Positions 8,682 through 18,109 are shown, numbered from the stretch's first letter. The stretch: DNA of 32,000 nt from Candidatus Kuenenia stuttgartensis (GCF_900232105.1 NZ_LT934425.1:420001-452000); one strand, 5' to 3'. The notes: generated by a model not told the origin, from the sequence alone. Numbers and translations are program-made.

Positions 8682-11258
8682 TTACCGCGGCCCTCTATCA
8701 TTAAACAGCTTCAATTGATGGTAGTCTTCTTTTGCGTCATGGTCCGGTTCTGGTTTTCCGTTCTCAACCATCTTAACGTCGATTACCTCATAACTGCTCA
8801 ACCGATTGCCTCTTGCCTTCCATCCTTTGACATCCACAAGGTTATTCAAAGACGCAACTTCACTTCGTTTTTCTTTTTTACGTCCGAAAACGCTGTGTAT
8901 CTCTGCTTTAGGGTCTGCATCCGTTGTGACAACTGCCGGAAAACTACCTTCACTTTCTCCAATGAATGAGAAGACACGGCCAACAACATCTGATTCTGTT
9001 TTAAAGCGTTTTATGTAGTAATTTTTTGATTCTCCGTCAAAATACACCGCGGTAATAATGGTTTCAGGGTTATATTTTTCAAGTATGTCAATTTTTTCAT
9101 TATCATAATGATTTGTCAGTTCAAAGGTCGTCAACTCCAATGCGCCATCCTTGTATATCACCAGTATCCTGTCTTCCCCTTCAAATTTGCCCAAATATTT
9201 CCCACGGTTTTCACTATTAAGCCTTCCAACCGTCTCGTCATACCAGATATCAATCCCGCCGAGGGTAGAAGTTCCGGCTTTTTTATGAAGTATCTTGCGA
9301 ACCGGATATTTTGTAAGCCTGTTCCCGATAGAAGCACGTCCCTTCACGGCAAGACCGGCAAAGTCATAGTCAAATGTCAGTTTGCGGGCAGCGCTTTTCG
9401 TGCTGAGTGCCACCGTTACTTCCTCTGATTCGCTGTTTGGGTTTGCGCTGAAATAAAGTACCTTTGAGCCTTTTTTCCCCTGCGACAGGTTGTAGGATTT
9501 ATCGTACGTAATGGAAGTGACTGCAAAACGTTTCACATAAACGGGACCGTCTTTTCCATCCTGATATATCATGTGGTATATCATGCGTGCGTCGTTTTTT
9601 TTCCATACCTGGGCATGTATAATATCTTTTCCGACAAATGCTTTTTCCGATACCCGTGTAACCATAAAGGTACAGTCCGACAGGAAAACAATGATGTCGT
9701 CAATATCAGAACAATCGCCAATGTACTCTTCTTTCCTGAGGCCATAGCCTATAAAACCATCCATCCTGTTAATATACAGTTTTTGATTGGCCTGGGCAAC
9801 CTGTGCAACATGAATAGTTTCAAAGTTGCGGATTTGTGTTTTTCTTTCCCGACCCTTTCCGTATTTTTTAATCAGATTTTCAAACCAGGCAATAGCGTAC
9901 TCGGTAAGATGCTTTAAATCATATTCAACCTGTTTGATTTCGACTTCCAGTGCCTTAATAGCCTCGTTGGCCTTAAAGGAATCGAAGCGGGAAATGCGTT
10001 TAATTTTTATTTCGGTGAGACTGACGATATCTTCCTCATTTATTTCACGTTGAAAATGTTTTTTATAAGGCATCAAACCTTTATCAATGGCGGCAATCAC
10101 CCCTTCCCATGTTTCACATTCTTCGATATCCCTGTAAATGCGCTTCTCAATAAATATTTTCTCCAGTGAAGAAAAATGCCATGCTTCCCGCAGTTCGCCA
10201 AGTTTAATCTCCAGCTCGCGTTTCAAAAGACCTACGGTGTGTTTTGCAGATATTTTCAGGATTTCATTCACACCGAGAAACCTTGGTTTTTCATCTATAA
10301 TGACGCATGCGTTGGGCGATATGGATATTTCACAATCAGTAAAGGCGTACAGTGCGTCAATAGTGACATCGGGAGAGACATTTGGCGGGAGTTCAACAAC
10401 TATCTCCACATCCTTTGCGGTATTGTCCACCACTCTTTTGATTTTTATCTTGCCGTTTTCATTTGCTTTTACGATGGAATCCATAACGTTAGCCGTGGTA
10501 GTCGTGTAAGGAATACTGCGGATAACCAGGGTTTTCTTCTCCAATATCTCTATTTTTGCCCGAACGTTGATTCTGCCGCCGCGCAACCCTTCGTTATAAT
10601 TGCTGAAGTCCGCCATACCTCCCGTGGGAAAGTCCGGCAGGAGATTTACTTCTTTCCCGCGCAGTGTGTCTATTGATGCTTCAAGCAATTCAATAAAATT
10701 GTGGGGCATAATCCTTGTAGCAAGACCTACGGCAATACCTTCAGCGCCTTGTGCCAGCAGCAACGGAAATTTCATGGGCAAAAGCACAGGCTCTTTCTTT
10801 CTGCCATCATATGAAAGCTGCCATTCGGTGGTTTGATTGTTAAAAGCCACTTCAAGGGCGAATTTTGAAAGACGCGCTTCGATATAACGAGGAGCGGCTG
10901 CGGAGTCACCCGTCGAAATATCGCCCCAGTTCCCCTGCGTCTCAATCAGAAGGTCTTTTTGTCCCAAATTAACCAGCGCTTCACCAATAGCGGCGTCTCC
11001 ATGTGGATGGTACTGCATGGTATGGCCAATAATATTGGCTGCTTTATTAAAGCGTCCGTCGTCCATCTGTTTCATCGAATGTAAAATACGGCGCTGAACG
11101 GGCTTTAATCCGTCAAGCAACGCAGGAACTGCCCTTTCCAGGATTACATACGATGCGTATTCAAGAAACCAGTTGCTGTACATTTCCGAAACATGAAGCG
11201 CCTCATGGATGACGCCATTTGCTTCAGAAGAACTTTTAAACATTTTATTATTAACCAT
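8682..11258 (-). CDS. parC: Type IIA topoisomerase subunit A (topoisomerase IV ParC-like)
   Basis: Motifs present are LKPVQRRILHSM, HPHGDAAI, and the active-site AAPRYIEARL tyrosine. I recognised no GyrA box. It starts 4 nt after the parE-like stop. Confidence 0.8.
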   Translation of the reverse strand: MVNNKMFKSSSEANGVIHEALHVSEMYSNWFLEYASYVILERAVPALLDGLKPVQRRILHSMKQMDDGRFNKAANIIGHTMQYHPHGDAAIGEALVNLGQKDLLIETQGNWGDISTGDSAAAPRYIEARLSKFALEVAFNNQTTEWQLSYDGRKKEPVLLPMKFPLLLAQGAEGIAVGLATRIMPHNFIELLEASIDTLRGKEVNLLPDFPTGGMADFSNYNEGLRGGRINVRAKIEILEKKTLVIRSIPYTTTTANVMDSIVKANENGKIKIKRVVDNTAKDVEIVVELPPNVSPDVTIDALYAFTDCEISISPNACVIIDEKPRFLGVNEILKISAKHTVGLLKRELEIKLGELREAWHFSSLEKIFIEKRIYRDIEECETWEGVIAAIDKGLMPYKKHFQREINEEDIVSLTEIKIKRISRFDSFKANEAIKALEVEIKQVEYDLKHLTEYAIAWFENLIKKYGKGRERKTQIRNFETIHVAQVAQANQKLYINRMDGFIGYGLRKEEYIGDCSDIDDIIVFLSDCTFMVTRVSEKAFVGKDIIHAQVWKKNDARMIYHMIYQDGKDGPVYVKRFAVTSITYDKSYNLSQGKKGSKVLYFSANPNSESEEVTVALSTKSAARKLTFDYDFAGLAVKGRASIGNRLTKYPVRKILHKKAGTSTLGGIDIWYDETVGRLNSENRGKYLGKFEGEDRILVIYKDGALELTTFELTNHYDNEKIDILEKYNPETIITAVYFDGESKNYYIKRFKTESDVVGRVFSFIGESEGSFPAVVTTDADPKAEIHSVFGRKKEKRSEVASLNNLVDVKGWKARGNRLSSYEVIDVKMVENGKPEPDHDAKEDYHQLKLFNDRGPR

Positions 11259-11262
11259 ACTC

Positions 11263-13104
11263 TTAAGCTACATTCTTCTCAACGGACAGGTTCTCGATAA
11301 TAAATGTTTGCCGGTCAGGGGTATTTTTCCCCATATAGTAGCTCAGCGTCTGAACAATTGAATCTTTTTGTCCAAGCACTAAAGGCTGCAGACGAATATT
11401 TTCGCCAATAAATTGTCCAAATTCATTTGGCGATATCTCTCCCAAGCCTTTAAAACGCGTTATTTCAGGATTTTTACCCATCTTATTCATCGCTGCGAGT
11501 TTCTCTTCCTCGTTATAACAATACATTGTCTCATTCTTATTGCGAACACGAAACAGCGGTGTTTCAAGTATATACACGTGCCCGTTCTTCACTAAATCGG
11601 AGAAAAACTGTAAAAAGAACGTCATCAATAGCAGGCGGATGTGCATCCCGTCAACATCTGCATCGGTGGCAATAATCACGTTATTGTAGCGCAGATTTTC
11701 AATACCGTCTTCAATATTCAAAGCGTGCTGGAGCAGATTAAATTCTTCGTTTTCGTAGACCACTTTTTTGGTTAATCCAAAGCAATTAAGCGGTTTGCCC
11801 CGCAAACTGAAGATGGCCTGAGTCTCCACATTGCGCGCTTTCGTAATTGAACCGCTCGCAGAATCCCCTTCTGTAATAAAGATAGAACTTTCGTAACGTT
11901 GTTCATTCTTTTCGCTATTGTAGTGTATACGGCAATCCCGCAATTTTTTGTTATGGAGATTGGCCTTCTTTGCCCTCTGATTTGCCAGTTTCTTTATGCC
12001 GGCGATTTCTTTGCGTTCCCGCTCAGACTGCAGGATACGCTTCAAAAGCTTTTCTGCAACATCATTATGCTTATGCAGATAATCGTCCAGTTCTTTTTTC
12101 ACATAATCGTTAACAAATGCACGAATGGAAATGCCGTCCGGGCTGATATTAATCGAGCCTAGTTTTGTTTTCGTCTGCGATTCAAACACCGGCTCCTGTA
12201 TGCGCACACTAATAGCGCCAACAATGGAAGCCCTGATGTCAGCGGCGTCGAAATCCTTTTTATAAAACTCGCGTACCGTCCTGACTATTGCTTCACGGAA
12301 AGCGGCCAGGTGAGTACCCCCCTGGGTTGTGTGCTGTCCGTTTACAAAGGAATAGTACTCTTCGCCATACTGGTCGGCATGGGTAAAAGCAAATTCAATA
12401 TCCCTGTCGCGGGAATGGATAATCGGATACCGCAGGGTCTCCGGGTCAGTTTTCCGGGTAAGTAAATCAAAAAGACCATTTTCGGAATGAATTTTCCTTC
12501 CGTTAAAGTCAATGGTCAATCCGGCATTGAGGTAGGCATAATTCCAGATTTGATTCTCAAGAAAATCGGGAATAAAACGGTAATTTTTAAATATCTTCTC
12601 ATCAGGAATAAATTGTATTAATGTCCCGTTTCGATGGCTGGTCTTTTCAACCGGGAAATCTTTCGTCATATTGCCACGGGAAAACTCAACGGATTTCGCA
12701 TTGCCGTCACGTATAGATTGCACCATGAAATAACCTGATAATGCATTCACCGCTTTCGTACCAATGCCATTCAACCCTACTGATTTCTGAAATGCCTCAG
12801 AATCGTATTTACCACCGGTGTTAATTTTGGCGACACAGTCGAATACTTTCCCCAGCGGGATGCCGCGCCCATAATCGCGCACCGTCACCTCATGTTCACT
12901 GATTTTAATCTCTATTGTCTTTCCGAAACCCATCACATATTCATCAATAGAGTTATCAACCACTTCCTTCACCAGCACATAGATGCCGTCATCCATAGAC
13001 GACCCATCGCCAAGTTTACCAATATACATCCCGGGACGAAGACGGATATGTTCCTTCCAGTCCAGTGATTTTATATGTTCTTCCGTGTATGCTGACTTCA
13101 CCAT
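11263..13104 (-). CDS. parE: Type IIA topoisomerase subunit B (topoisomerase IV ParE-like)
   Basis: GHKL ATPase motifs are present ([29 protein letters not shown]). So are the Toprim EGDSA (ITEGDSASG) and [12 protein letters not shown] motifs. Confidence 0.8.
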   Translation of the reverse strand: MVKSAYTEEHIKSLDWKEHIRLRPGMYIGKLGDGSSMDDGIYVLVKEVVDNSIDEYVMGFGKTIEIKISEHEVTVRDYGRGIPLGKVFDCVAKINTGGKYDSEAFQKSVGLNGIGTKAVNALSGYFMVQSIRDGNAKSVEFSRGNMTKDFPVEKTSHRNGTLIQFIPDEKIFKNYRFIPDFLENQIWNYAYLNAGLTIDFNGRKIHSENGLFDLLTRKTDPETLRYPIIHSRDRDIEFAFTHADQYGEEYYSFVNGQHTTQGGTHLAAFREAIVRTVREFYKKDFDAADIRASIVGAISVRIQEPVFESQTKTKLGSINISPDGISIRAFVNDYVKKELDDYLHKHNDVAEKLLKRILQSERERKEIAGIKKLANQRAKKANLHNKKLRDCRIHYNSEKNEQRYESSIFITEGDSASGSITKARNVETQAIFSLRGKPLNCFGLTKKVVYENEEFNLLQHALNIEDGIENLRYNNVIIATDADVDGMHIRLLLMTFFLQFFSDLVKNGHVYILETPLFRVRNKNETMYCYNEEEKLAAMNKMGKNPEITRFKGLGEISPNEFGQFIGENIRLQPLVLGQKDSIVQTLSYYMGKNTPDRQTFIIENLSVEKNVA

Positions 13105-13166
13105 GATAAATCCTTTAAAAAAATATGATTACTACTCTGCCGGTTTAAACAGATACGTTGGAGAGT

Positions 13167-13207
13167 TACGATTTACGATTTGAATTTTGGGATTTGGGAT
13201 TTTTTTA
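13167..13207. repeat. Degenerate T-rich GRATTT tract
   Basis: The sequence is ttacgatttacgatttgaattttgggatttgggattttttt. It lies in the spacer between the parE start and the upstream epimerase stop. Confidence 0.6.
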
Positions 13208-13280
13208 ATCTGTGTAATCGTTCGACTGAGCTCTCGACGAAGTCTGTGAAATCTGTGGTTTCCTTTTTATTAATTCATGA

Positions 13281-13964
13281 TTAACACATTTGCCTAAGCA
13301 ATTCCCCGGGAATGCTTATATCGGTAACGACAACCTCTCCCGTATGATTTGGCCCTTCTCCCAGATAAAATCCCTTTTTGCACGCGGCAAAAGTTATCGT
13401 TTTTCCTGCCTTTATTGCAGCTCCCAATACATTGCCGGTATCACAATCTAAGCCGGATGGTATATCCACAGCTATGATTTTTTTCTTCAGTGTATTTATC
13501 CCACGAATCAATGTTGTAAACGGTTCACGCACCTCTCCGGACAATCCTGTGCCAAAGAGCGCATCAATGAGCATTGTAAAGCGTTTCAGATTATCAATGG
13601 CATCATTTACCGCCTGAAGATCAATATATTCTTTTACCGGTATCTTCATATTCAGAAGTATTCGCAGGTTTATACCGGCGTCGCTTTTCTTTGGAATATC
13701 CGTTGTTTTTGCAAAAATAAATACTTCAACCGGAATGCCTTTATTAGAAAGGTGTCTTGCTGCAACAAAACCATCCCCTCCGTTGTTGCCCTTGCCGCAT
13801 ACAATAGCAATTTTTTCTCTCTGCAGGTCACCGGTTTCTCTCACCACCTCCTCTGCCACAGTTCTGCCTGCATTTTCCATCAGGAGCATCCCGGGAATCT
13901 GATATTCCTCAATAGCTTTCCGGTCAAGTTCTCTCATTTCTTCACGGGTCAATGATTTCTTCAT
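13281..13964 (-). CDS. NAD(P)H-hydrate epimerase (YjeF N-terminal domain only)
   Basis: It is 227 aa with a YjeF_N pattern (LMENAGRTVAEEV, IVCGKGNNGGDGFVAARHL, IDALFGTGL, DIPSGLDCDTG). No C-terminal dehydratase domain is present. The ATG lies 1 nt after the pyk stop. Confidence 0.8.
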   Translation of the reverse strand: MKKSLTREEMRELDRKAIEEYQIPGMLLMENAGRTVAEEVVRETGDLQREKIAIVCGKGNNGGDGFVAARHLSNKGIPVEVFIFAKTTDIPKKSDAGINLRILLNMKIPVKEYIDLQAVNDAIDNLKRFTMLIDALFGTGLSGEVREPFTTLIRGINTLKKKIIAVDIPSGLDCDTGNVLGAAIKAGKTITFAACKKGFYLGEGPNHTGEVVVTDISIPGELLRQMC

Positions 13965-13965
13965 C

Positions 13966-15384
13966 TTAATACACCCTCAACAAATTCGTTGAACCAGGTA
14001 TCCCTACCGGTACACCTCCGGTAATCGCAATGGTTTCATTTTCGCCAATGTATCCTGCTTGTTTTGCCGCCTCTATGCCTTTTTTCATCATATCATCGGT
14101 ATTTTCCATTGATTCGGTAAGAATCGGTATAACACCCCACACCAATGCAAGCCTTCTGTAGGTGCATACCGAAGGAGTTACAGCAAGGATCTTCTGCCGC
14201 GGGCGATACTTTGAAATAAAACGAGCCGTACTTCCCGATTGGGTACAGGTGATAATCGTATTCATGTTTAATTCATTTGCGACCTGACACGTTGCTATGC
14301 TTATGGCGTCAGGAATAGTGGTACGGTTTTCCGGTATGCGAAATTTTTCGAATGTATTGCTTTGCGTTAAATCAGGCTCAATTTGTTTCGCAATCTTCGT
14401 TAGCATTAGCACCGCATCGGCAGGATAGCGCCCTATTGCCGACTCTTCTGAGAGCATTACCGCATCGCTTCCGTCAAGAATCGCATTTGCGACATCGGTC
14501 ACCTCTGCCCGTGTGGGGCGATAGTTATTTACCATTGAAGCCAGCATTTGCGTTGCGGTAATCACTGGTTTGCCGTATCTGTTTGCAAGCCGGATAATCA
14601 TTTTCTGAACGGAAGGAACTCTCTCCAGTGGTATTTCAACCCCAAGATCTCCCCGTGCAACCATAATTGCATCCGCAGTATTCACAATTTTTTCTATATT
14701 ATCTACTGCCTCGTGCTTTTCAATTTTCGCGATAATTGGGATAGTTTTGCCTTTCTTCTGTATAAGGTCCCGCAATTCCGTTATATCCTCAGCGGTTTTT
14801 ACAAAAGACATCGCTACGTAATCAACCCCTTGCTCTATTCCAAATTCCAGATCCTTTTTATCCTTTTCCGTTAATGAGGATACCGGCAAACTTCGTGCAG
14901 GAATATTAATTCCCTTTCGAGAGGTCAGTACCCCTCCCACAATTACCTTGCAATGAATATTTCTATCATCCTTTTGTATGACTTCTACTTCTATTTCTCC
15001 GTCACTTAACAGAAGGGTATCGCCTATAGATACATTCATGGGTAAATCTGAATAATTGATTGATATAACACGCTCATTCCCCACTATATTCCTGGTGGTA
15101 AGGGTAAATGTATCGTTTGTCTTCAAGGTAACCGCATCGCCGGAAAGCATCCCGATTCTTATCTTTGGCCCTGACAAATCCTGGAGCACGGCAACGGGTT
15201 GCATTAATTTTTCCGAAATGGCGCGAATATGGGAAATACACTCTTTGTGTTGGGATAGTTCGCCATGCGAAAAATTAAGACGTGCCACATTCATCCCGGC
15301 ACATATTAACTGTTCAATCATAGCCGGAGAATTACTCGCCGGCCCAATGGTACATACTATTTTTGTTTTTCTGTAATTATTCAT
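13966..15384 (-). CDS. pyk: Pyruvate kinase
   Basis: Motifs present are KTKIVCTIGPAS, MNVARLNFSHG, IIAKIEKHEAV, MVARGDLGVEIP and ATQMLASM. Confidence 0.92.
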   Translation of the reverse strand: MNNYRKTKIVCTIGPASNSPAMIEQLICAGMNVARLNFSHGELSQHKECISHIRAISEKLMQPVAVLQDLSGPKIRIGMLSGDAVTLKTNDTFTLTTRNIVGNERVISINYSDLPMNVSIGDTLLLSDGEIEVEVIQKDDRNIHCKVIVGGVLTSRKGINIPARSLPVSSLTEKDKKDLEFGIEQGVDYVAMSFVKTAEDITELRDLIQKKGKTIPIIAKIEKHEAVDNIEKIVNTADAIMVARGDLGVEIPLERVPSVQKMIIRLANRYGKPVITATQMLASMVNNYRPTRAEVTDVANAILDGSDAVMLSEESAIGRYPADAVLMLTKIAKQIEPDLTQSNTFEKFRIPENRTTIPDAISIATCQVANELNMNTIITCTQSGSTARFISKYRPRQKILAVTPSVCTYRRLALVWGVIPILTESMENTDDMMKKGIEAAKQAGYIGENETIAITGGVPVGIPGSTNLLRVY

Positions 15385-15406
15385 TTTTCACAATTGTCGA
15401 ATTAGT

Positions 15407-15434
15407 TTAGTTTTTCAAAAAACTAAAATGTTAC
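15407..15434. repeat. AT-rich palindromic motif, copy A (TTAGTTTTT-ca-AAAAACTAA then AATGTTAC)
   Basis: It has 9-bp perfect palindrome arms with a 2-nt centre. It sits 23-50 nt upstream of the pyk ATG, just downstream of a candidate promoter. Two more copies lie at 16634 and 16717. Confidence 0.7.
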
Positions 15435-15440
15435 CCAATT

Positions 15441-15470
15441 ATCATATTTTACAATTAAATATTTTGACAA
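15441..15470 (-). promoter_or_regulatory. Candidate sigma70-type promoter for pyk
   Basis: The minus strand reads TTGTCA-N18-TATGAT (complement of 15465-15470 and 15441-15446). Each hexamer matches consensus at 5 of 6 positions. Confidence 0.35.
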
Positions 15471-15540
15471 AAAGTGCAAGGAAATAACTTTTAAGTGGGT
15501 TGTAATTCTACATGTATTTCGGGCAAACGAAAATTGTTAC

Positions 15541-15780
15541 TTAATCTCTAAATACAGGCCTCATATTTATTTTCAATATGCTATCTTCATCCTTTTTTTC
15601 TTTTTCCCGCTCGCTTTTTCTTGCTCTCGCCTTTTCAAGTTCTCTTTCAAGCATTTTTCCAAGTTCCTTTTCTTTTTCTAGCTCTTTTTGCAATTCCTGG
15701 ATAATTAAGGACGATCGCATGTATTCGCAGATCAGACAAAAATTTATAAATAAGCTTATATAAAAAACAATATCTATCAT
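15541..15780 (-). CDS. Hypothetical small protein (N-terminal hydrophobic helix plus E/K-rich coiled-coil tail)
   Basis: This 79-aa ORF lies between radC and pyk on the same strand. The sequence is low-complexity (ELEKEKELGK...EKEKKDED). AAGAGGGA abuts the ATG with poor spacing. Coding status is uncertain. Confidence 0.3.
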   Translation of the reverse strand: MIDIVFYISLFINFCLICEYMRSSLIIQELQKELEKEKELGKMLERELEKARARKSEREKEKKDEDSILKINMRPVFRD

Positions 15781-15871
15781 TCCCTCTTCTTTCTCATCTA
15801 TAATTAGTCATTTGTCATTAGTCTCTCGTCTCTCGTTAACCGCCGATTATAGATTGCCGACAAAAGAAGTC

Positions 15872-16570
15872 TTATGACACAACCCCTTTATCCCTCAAAC
15901 TTACATAACATCCATTCCCTACAATAATATGATCCAGGACTTTTATACCTACAATATTGCCCACTTCCTGAAGCCTCTGTGTTATTTGTATATCTTCCTT
16001 GCTTGGTTCAGGGTCACCGGAAGGGTGGTTATGCACAAAAACTACCGATGCGGCAGATTCTTTAATAGCAGGGCTAAATACCTCCCGCGGATGCACAATG
16101 CTGAGTGTTAAACTCCCTATGGAAATAGTCAATTCTTTTATGATCCGGTTTTTATTGTCTAGTAATGTAATAAGAAAATATTCCTGCTTCTTTTCCCTCA
16201 ACCTTTCGTGAAAATGATGGAAAATATCGCTGCTCTTTTTAAATTGTTGCGCCGTTTTTACCGGAATGGTAGAAAATCGTCTCGCAATGGCAAGCGAGGC
16301 CTTGATTTGCGCTGCACGGGCAGGGCCTATGCCTTTCACCTTGCATAGTTCACCTATTGAAATAGCACTTAATGCTCGAAAATCACCATAGTCAGAAAGA
16401 AGTTTCTTCGCTAAATCAATGGCGCTATATTCCTGCGTTCCATCGCGGATTATGATGCCTAAAAGCTCCGCATCGGTTAAATGTTCTTCACTGCCCTGGA
16501 TTAGCCTTTCACGTGGGCGTTCGTTGAGAGGCAATTGTTTTATTGTAGGGCGTTTACTTTTTTCCTGCAT
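15872..16570 (-). CDS. radC: RadC-family JAB/MPN domain protein (UPF0758)
   Basis: It has an HhH-like segment (LCKVKGIGPARAAQIKA) and the JAMM motif VHNHPSGDPEPSKED. Confidence 0.88.
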   Translation of the reverse strand: MQEKSKRPTIKQLPLNERPRERLIQGSEEHLTDAELLGIIIRDGTQEYSAIDLAKKLLSDYGDFRALSAISIGELCKVKGIGPARAAQIKASLAIARRFSTIPVKTAQQFKKSSDIFHHFHERLREKKQEYFLITLLDNKNRIIKELTISIGSLTLSIVHPREVFSPAIKESAASVVFVHNHPSGDPEPSKEDIQITQRLQEVGNIVGIKVLDHIIVGNGCYVSLRDKGVVS

Positions 16571-16633
16571 TTTTTTGTAGACGATAACTTTTCAATTATT
16601 CCGGCCGGCAAAAATGAATGGACATGTATTTTA

Positions 16634-16660
16634 GCAACACTTTAGTTTTTTGAAAAACTC
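16634..16660. repeat. AT-rich palindromic motif, copy B (inverted orientation)
   Basis: The sequence is gcaacactttagttttttgaaaaactc. Its reverse complement GAGTTTTTCAAAAAACTAAAGTGTTGC matches copies A and C. Confidence 0.7.
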
Positions 16661-16716
16661 CAACAATCGTATTATCTTAAATGCGTTCACACCCAAATGG
16701 GCAAATGCTTCGCCTC

Positions 16717-16744
16717 TACTTTTTCAAAAAAACTAAAGTGTTAC
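16717..16744. repeat. AT-rich palindromic motif, copy C
   Basis: The sequence is tactttttcaaaaaaactaaagtgttac. It forms an inverted pair with copy B around a 56-bp spacer that contains GGGCAAATGCTTCGCC. Confidence 0.7.
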
Positions 16745-16866
16745 GTAATTCTAAGCGAAAAAATATTTAATTACAAAACAATGACGGTTTATAGTAAAAT
16801 CAGTCTTGTTGTTTGTATATAACAACAACCATCACGCTTCGCAAGAACTATTTTTCAGGAGTTCCT

Positions 16867-17418
16867 ATGCATAGTAACACAACATTTACCGCCATTGCCC
16901 ACCGGCAACATAATGACGAACGGCACAATGTTTTAATAAAAGAAGCCTTGTCCCTCGGCTGCGAACAAGCCTTTTTTATACACCCCGATGTGATAAGCAT
17001 TGCACGATGGGTTCAATTAAAATGTAAATACGGCTGCAGCGAATACAATAAAAAACTAACATGCCCCCCACATTCCCCTGCTTATGATGAAATGAAAGAA
17101 ATTCTGAAAGAATACAGCAATGCATTGCTCTTGCATGGCCACCTGAGCTGGCAAATGAGATATATGATAACAAAAATTGAAGAAAAGGCTTTCTCCCTGG
17201 GATTTTACAAAGCTTTTGGACTAGGAGCAGGCCCATGCCAATTATGCGAACAATGCGATGCTGCTTCAACATGCATTCGCACGGAGGAAGCCAGGCCATC
17301 AATGGAAGCATGCGGCATTGATGTATATCAGACTGTAAGAAACCTTAATCTTAAAATAGAAACACTCACGAGTAAAACCGACGAAGTGAATATATATGGC
17401 CTGGTTTTGTTAGAATAA
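16867..17418 (+). CDS. DUF2284-type predicted metal-binding protein
   Basis: It has Cys clusters CKYGCSEYNKKLTCPPHSP and CQLCEQCDAASTC. I prefer ATG 16867 (AGGAG 5-6 nt upstream) over the track's TTG at 16813. Confidence 0.65.
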   Translation: MHSNTTFTAIAHRQHNDERHNVLIKEALSLGCEQAFFIHPDVISIARWVQLKCKYGCSEYNKKLTCPPHSPAYDEMKEILKEYSNALLLHGHLSWQMRYMITKIEEKAFSLGFYKAFGLGAGPCQLCEQCDAASTCIRTEEARPSMEACGIDVYQTVRNLNLKIETLTSKTDEVNIYGLVLLE

Positions 17419-17440
17419 ATTATAGGGAAGGGAGATTACT

Positions 17441-17752
17441 ATGCTGTCAGAAATTATGAAAAAAGCAGTAAACCTTGGTTTTGGCGCAATGCTTGTAACG
17501 AAAGAAAATGCAAACGAACTCATTGAAGAAATGGTGCGAAAAGGCGAAATCCAAAAGGATGAAACCCTCGCGCAAGTAAAAGAAATACTGAAGAAAATCC
17601 TTCCCAGCAAAGAAGAGATTGAAACACGGACGGAAGAATTAGTAGAAAAAATACTCCACAAGCTTGACATACCGACACGGCACGAACTCCAGGAAATGCA
17701 AAAAAAACTTGAAGCTATTTTGAAAGAATTAGACATCAAGGAAAAGAAGTAA
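17441..17752 (+). CDS. Phasin-like small helical protein (COG3937-type)
   Basis: It is 103 aa and all-helical. The N-terminus KKAVNLGFGAMLVTKENANELIEEMVRKGE is typical of this family, which often neighbours ABC1/UbiB kinases. GGGAGA lies upstream. Confidence 0.55.
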   Translation: MLSEIMKKAVNLGFGAMLVTKENANELIEEMVRKGEIQKDETLAQVKEILKKILPSKEEIETRTEELVEKILHKLDIPTRHELQEMQKKLEAILKELDIKEKK

Positions 17753-17900
17753 GGGACTTGGAATTTTCTATTCTATAGTAGCAGTCGGCAGATTTAGGAC
17801 TGTGGACTAGGGTGGCAAGGACAAACCCTGTTTTTCAGTGTTGAACTCTCACTCCGTTGTCTATGAAGCATCCATTTTGAAATGTGGATATGCAACGACG

Positions 17901-17973
17901 GCAGGGGCGAAGCATTTGCCAGTTTGGCTATGAACGCATCTATGACAATTTGTAGCAAATGCTTCGCCCCTGC
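17901..17973. repeat. Perfect 19-bp inverted repeat GCAGGGGCGAAGCATTTGC / GCAAATGCTTCGCCCCTGC with a 35-nt loop
   Basis: Arms are 17901-17919 and 17955-17973, exact reverse complements. A related half-site GGGCAAATGCTTCGCCTCT lies at 16699-16717. Confidence 0.8.
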
Positions 17974-18109
17974 TTTTGCAATTACAAAGCATTGAGCAAA
18001 TATTACGAAACCACAGACAAGCAAGGCTTTTCTGTGCCACCCATTACGGAATAATTGCTTTGTATCAATTTGACAAATCACAAACTGTAAACCTTTTGAG
18101 TATAACTTC

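Noticed and set aside
9108-10836. Several 75-166-aa + strand ORFs (9108, 9573, 9826, 10138, 10176, 10600)
   Set aside because: All lie antisense inside the well-supported parC-like gene. They have low-complexity or odd composition and no SD. They are shadow ORFs.
2474-13207. CRISPR array interpretation of the T-rich tandem tracts
   Set aside because: The units are 5-9 bp, irregular and contiguous. There are no 25-40-bp constant repeats separated by unique spacers, and no cas genes.
15441-16790. Shared AAATATTTAATT box near motif copies A and C as a second regulatory element
   Set aside because: The 12-mer is built from AT-only palindromes (AAATATTT, AATT) in very AT-rich DNA and occurs in opposite relative orientation. 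It is probably compositional coincidence.
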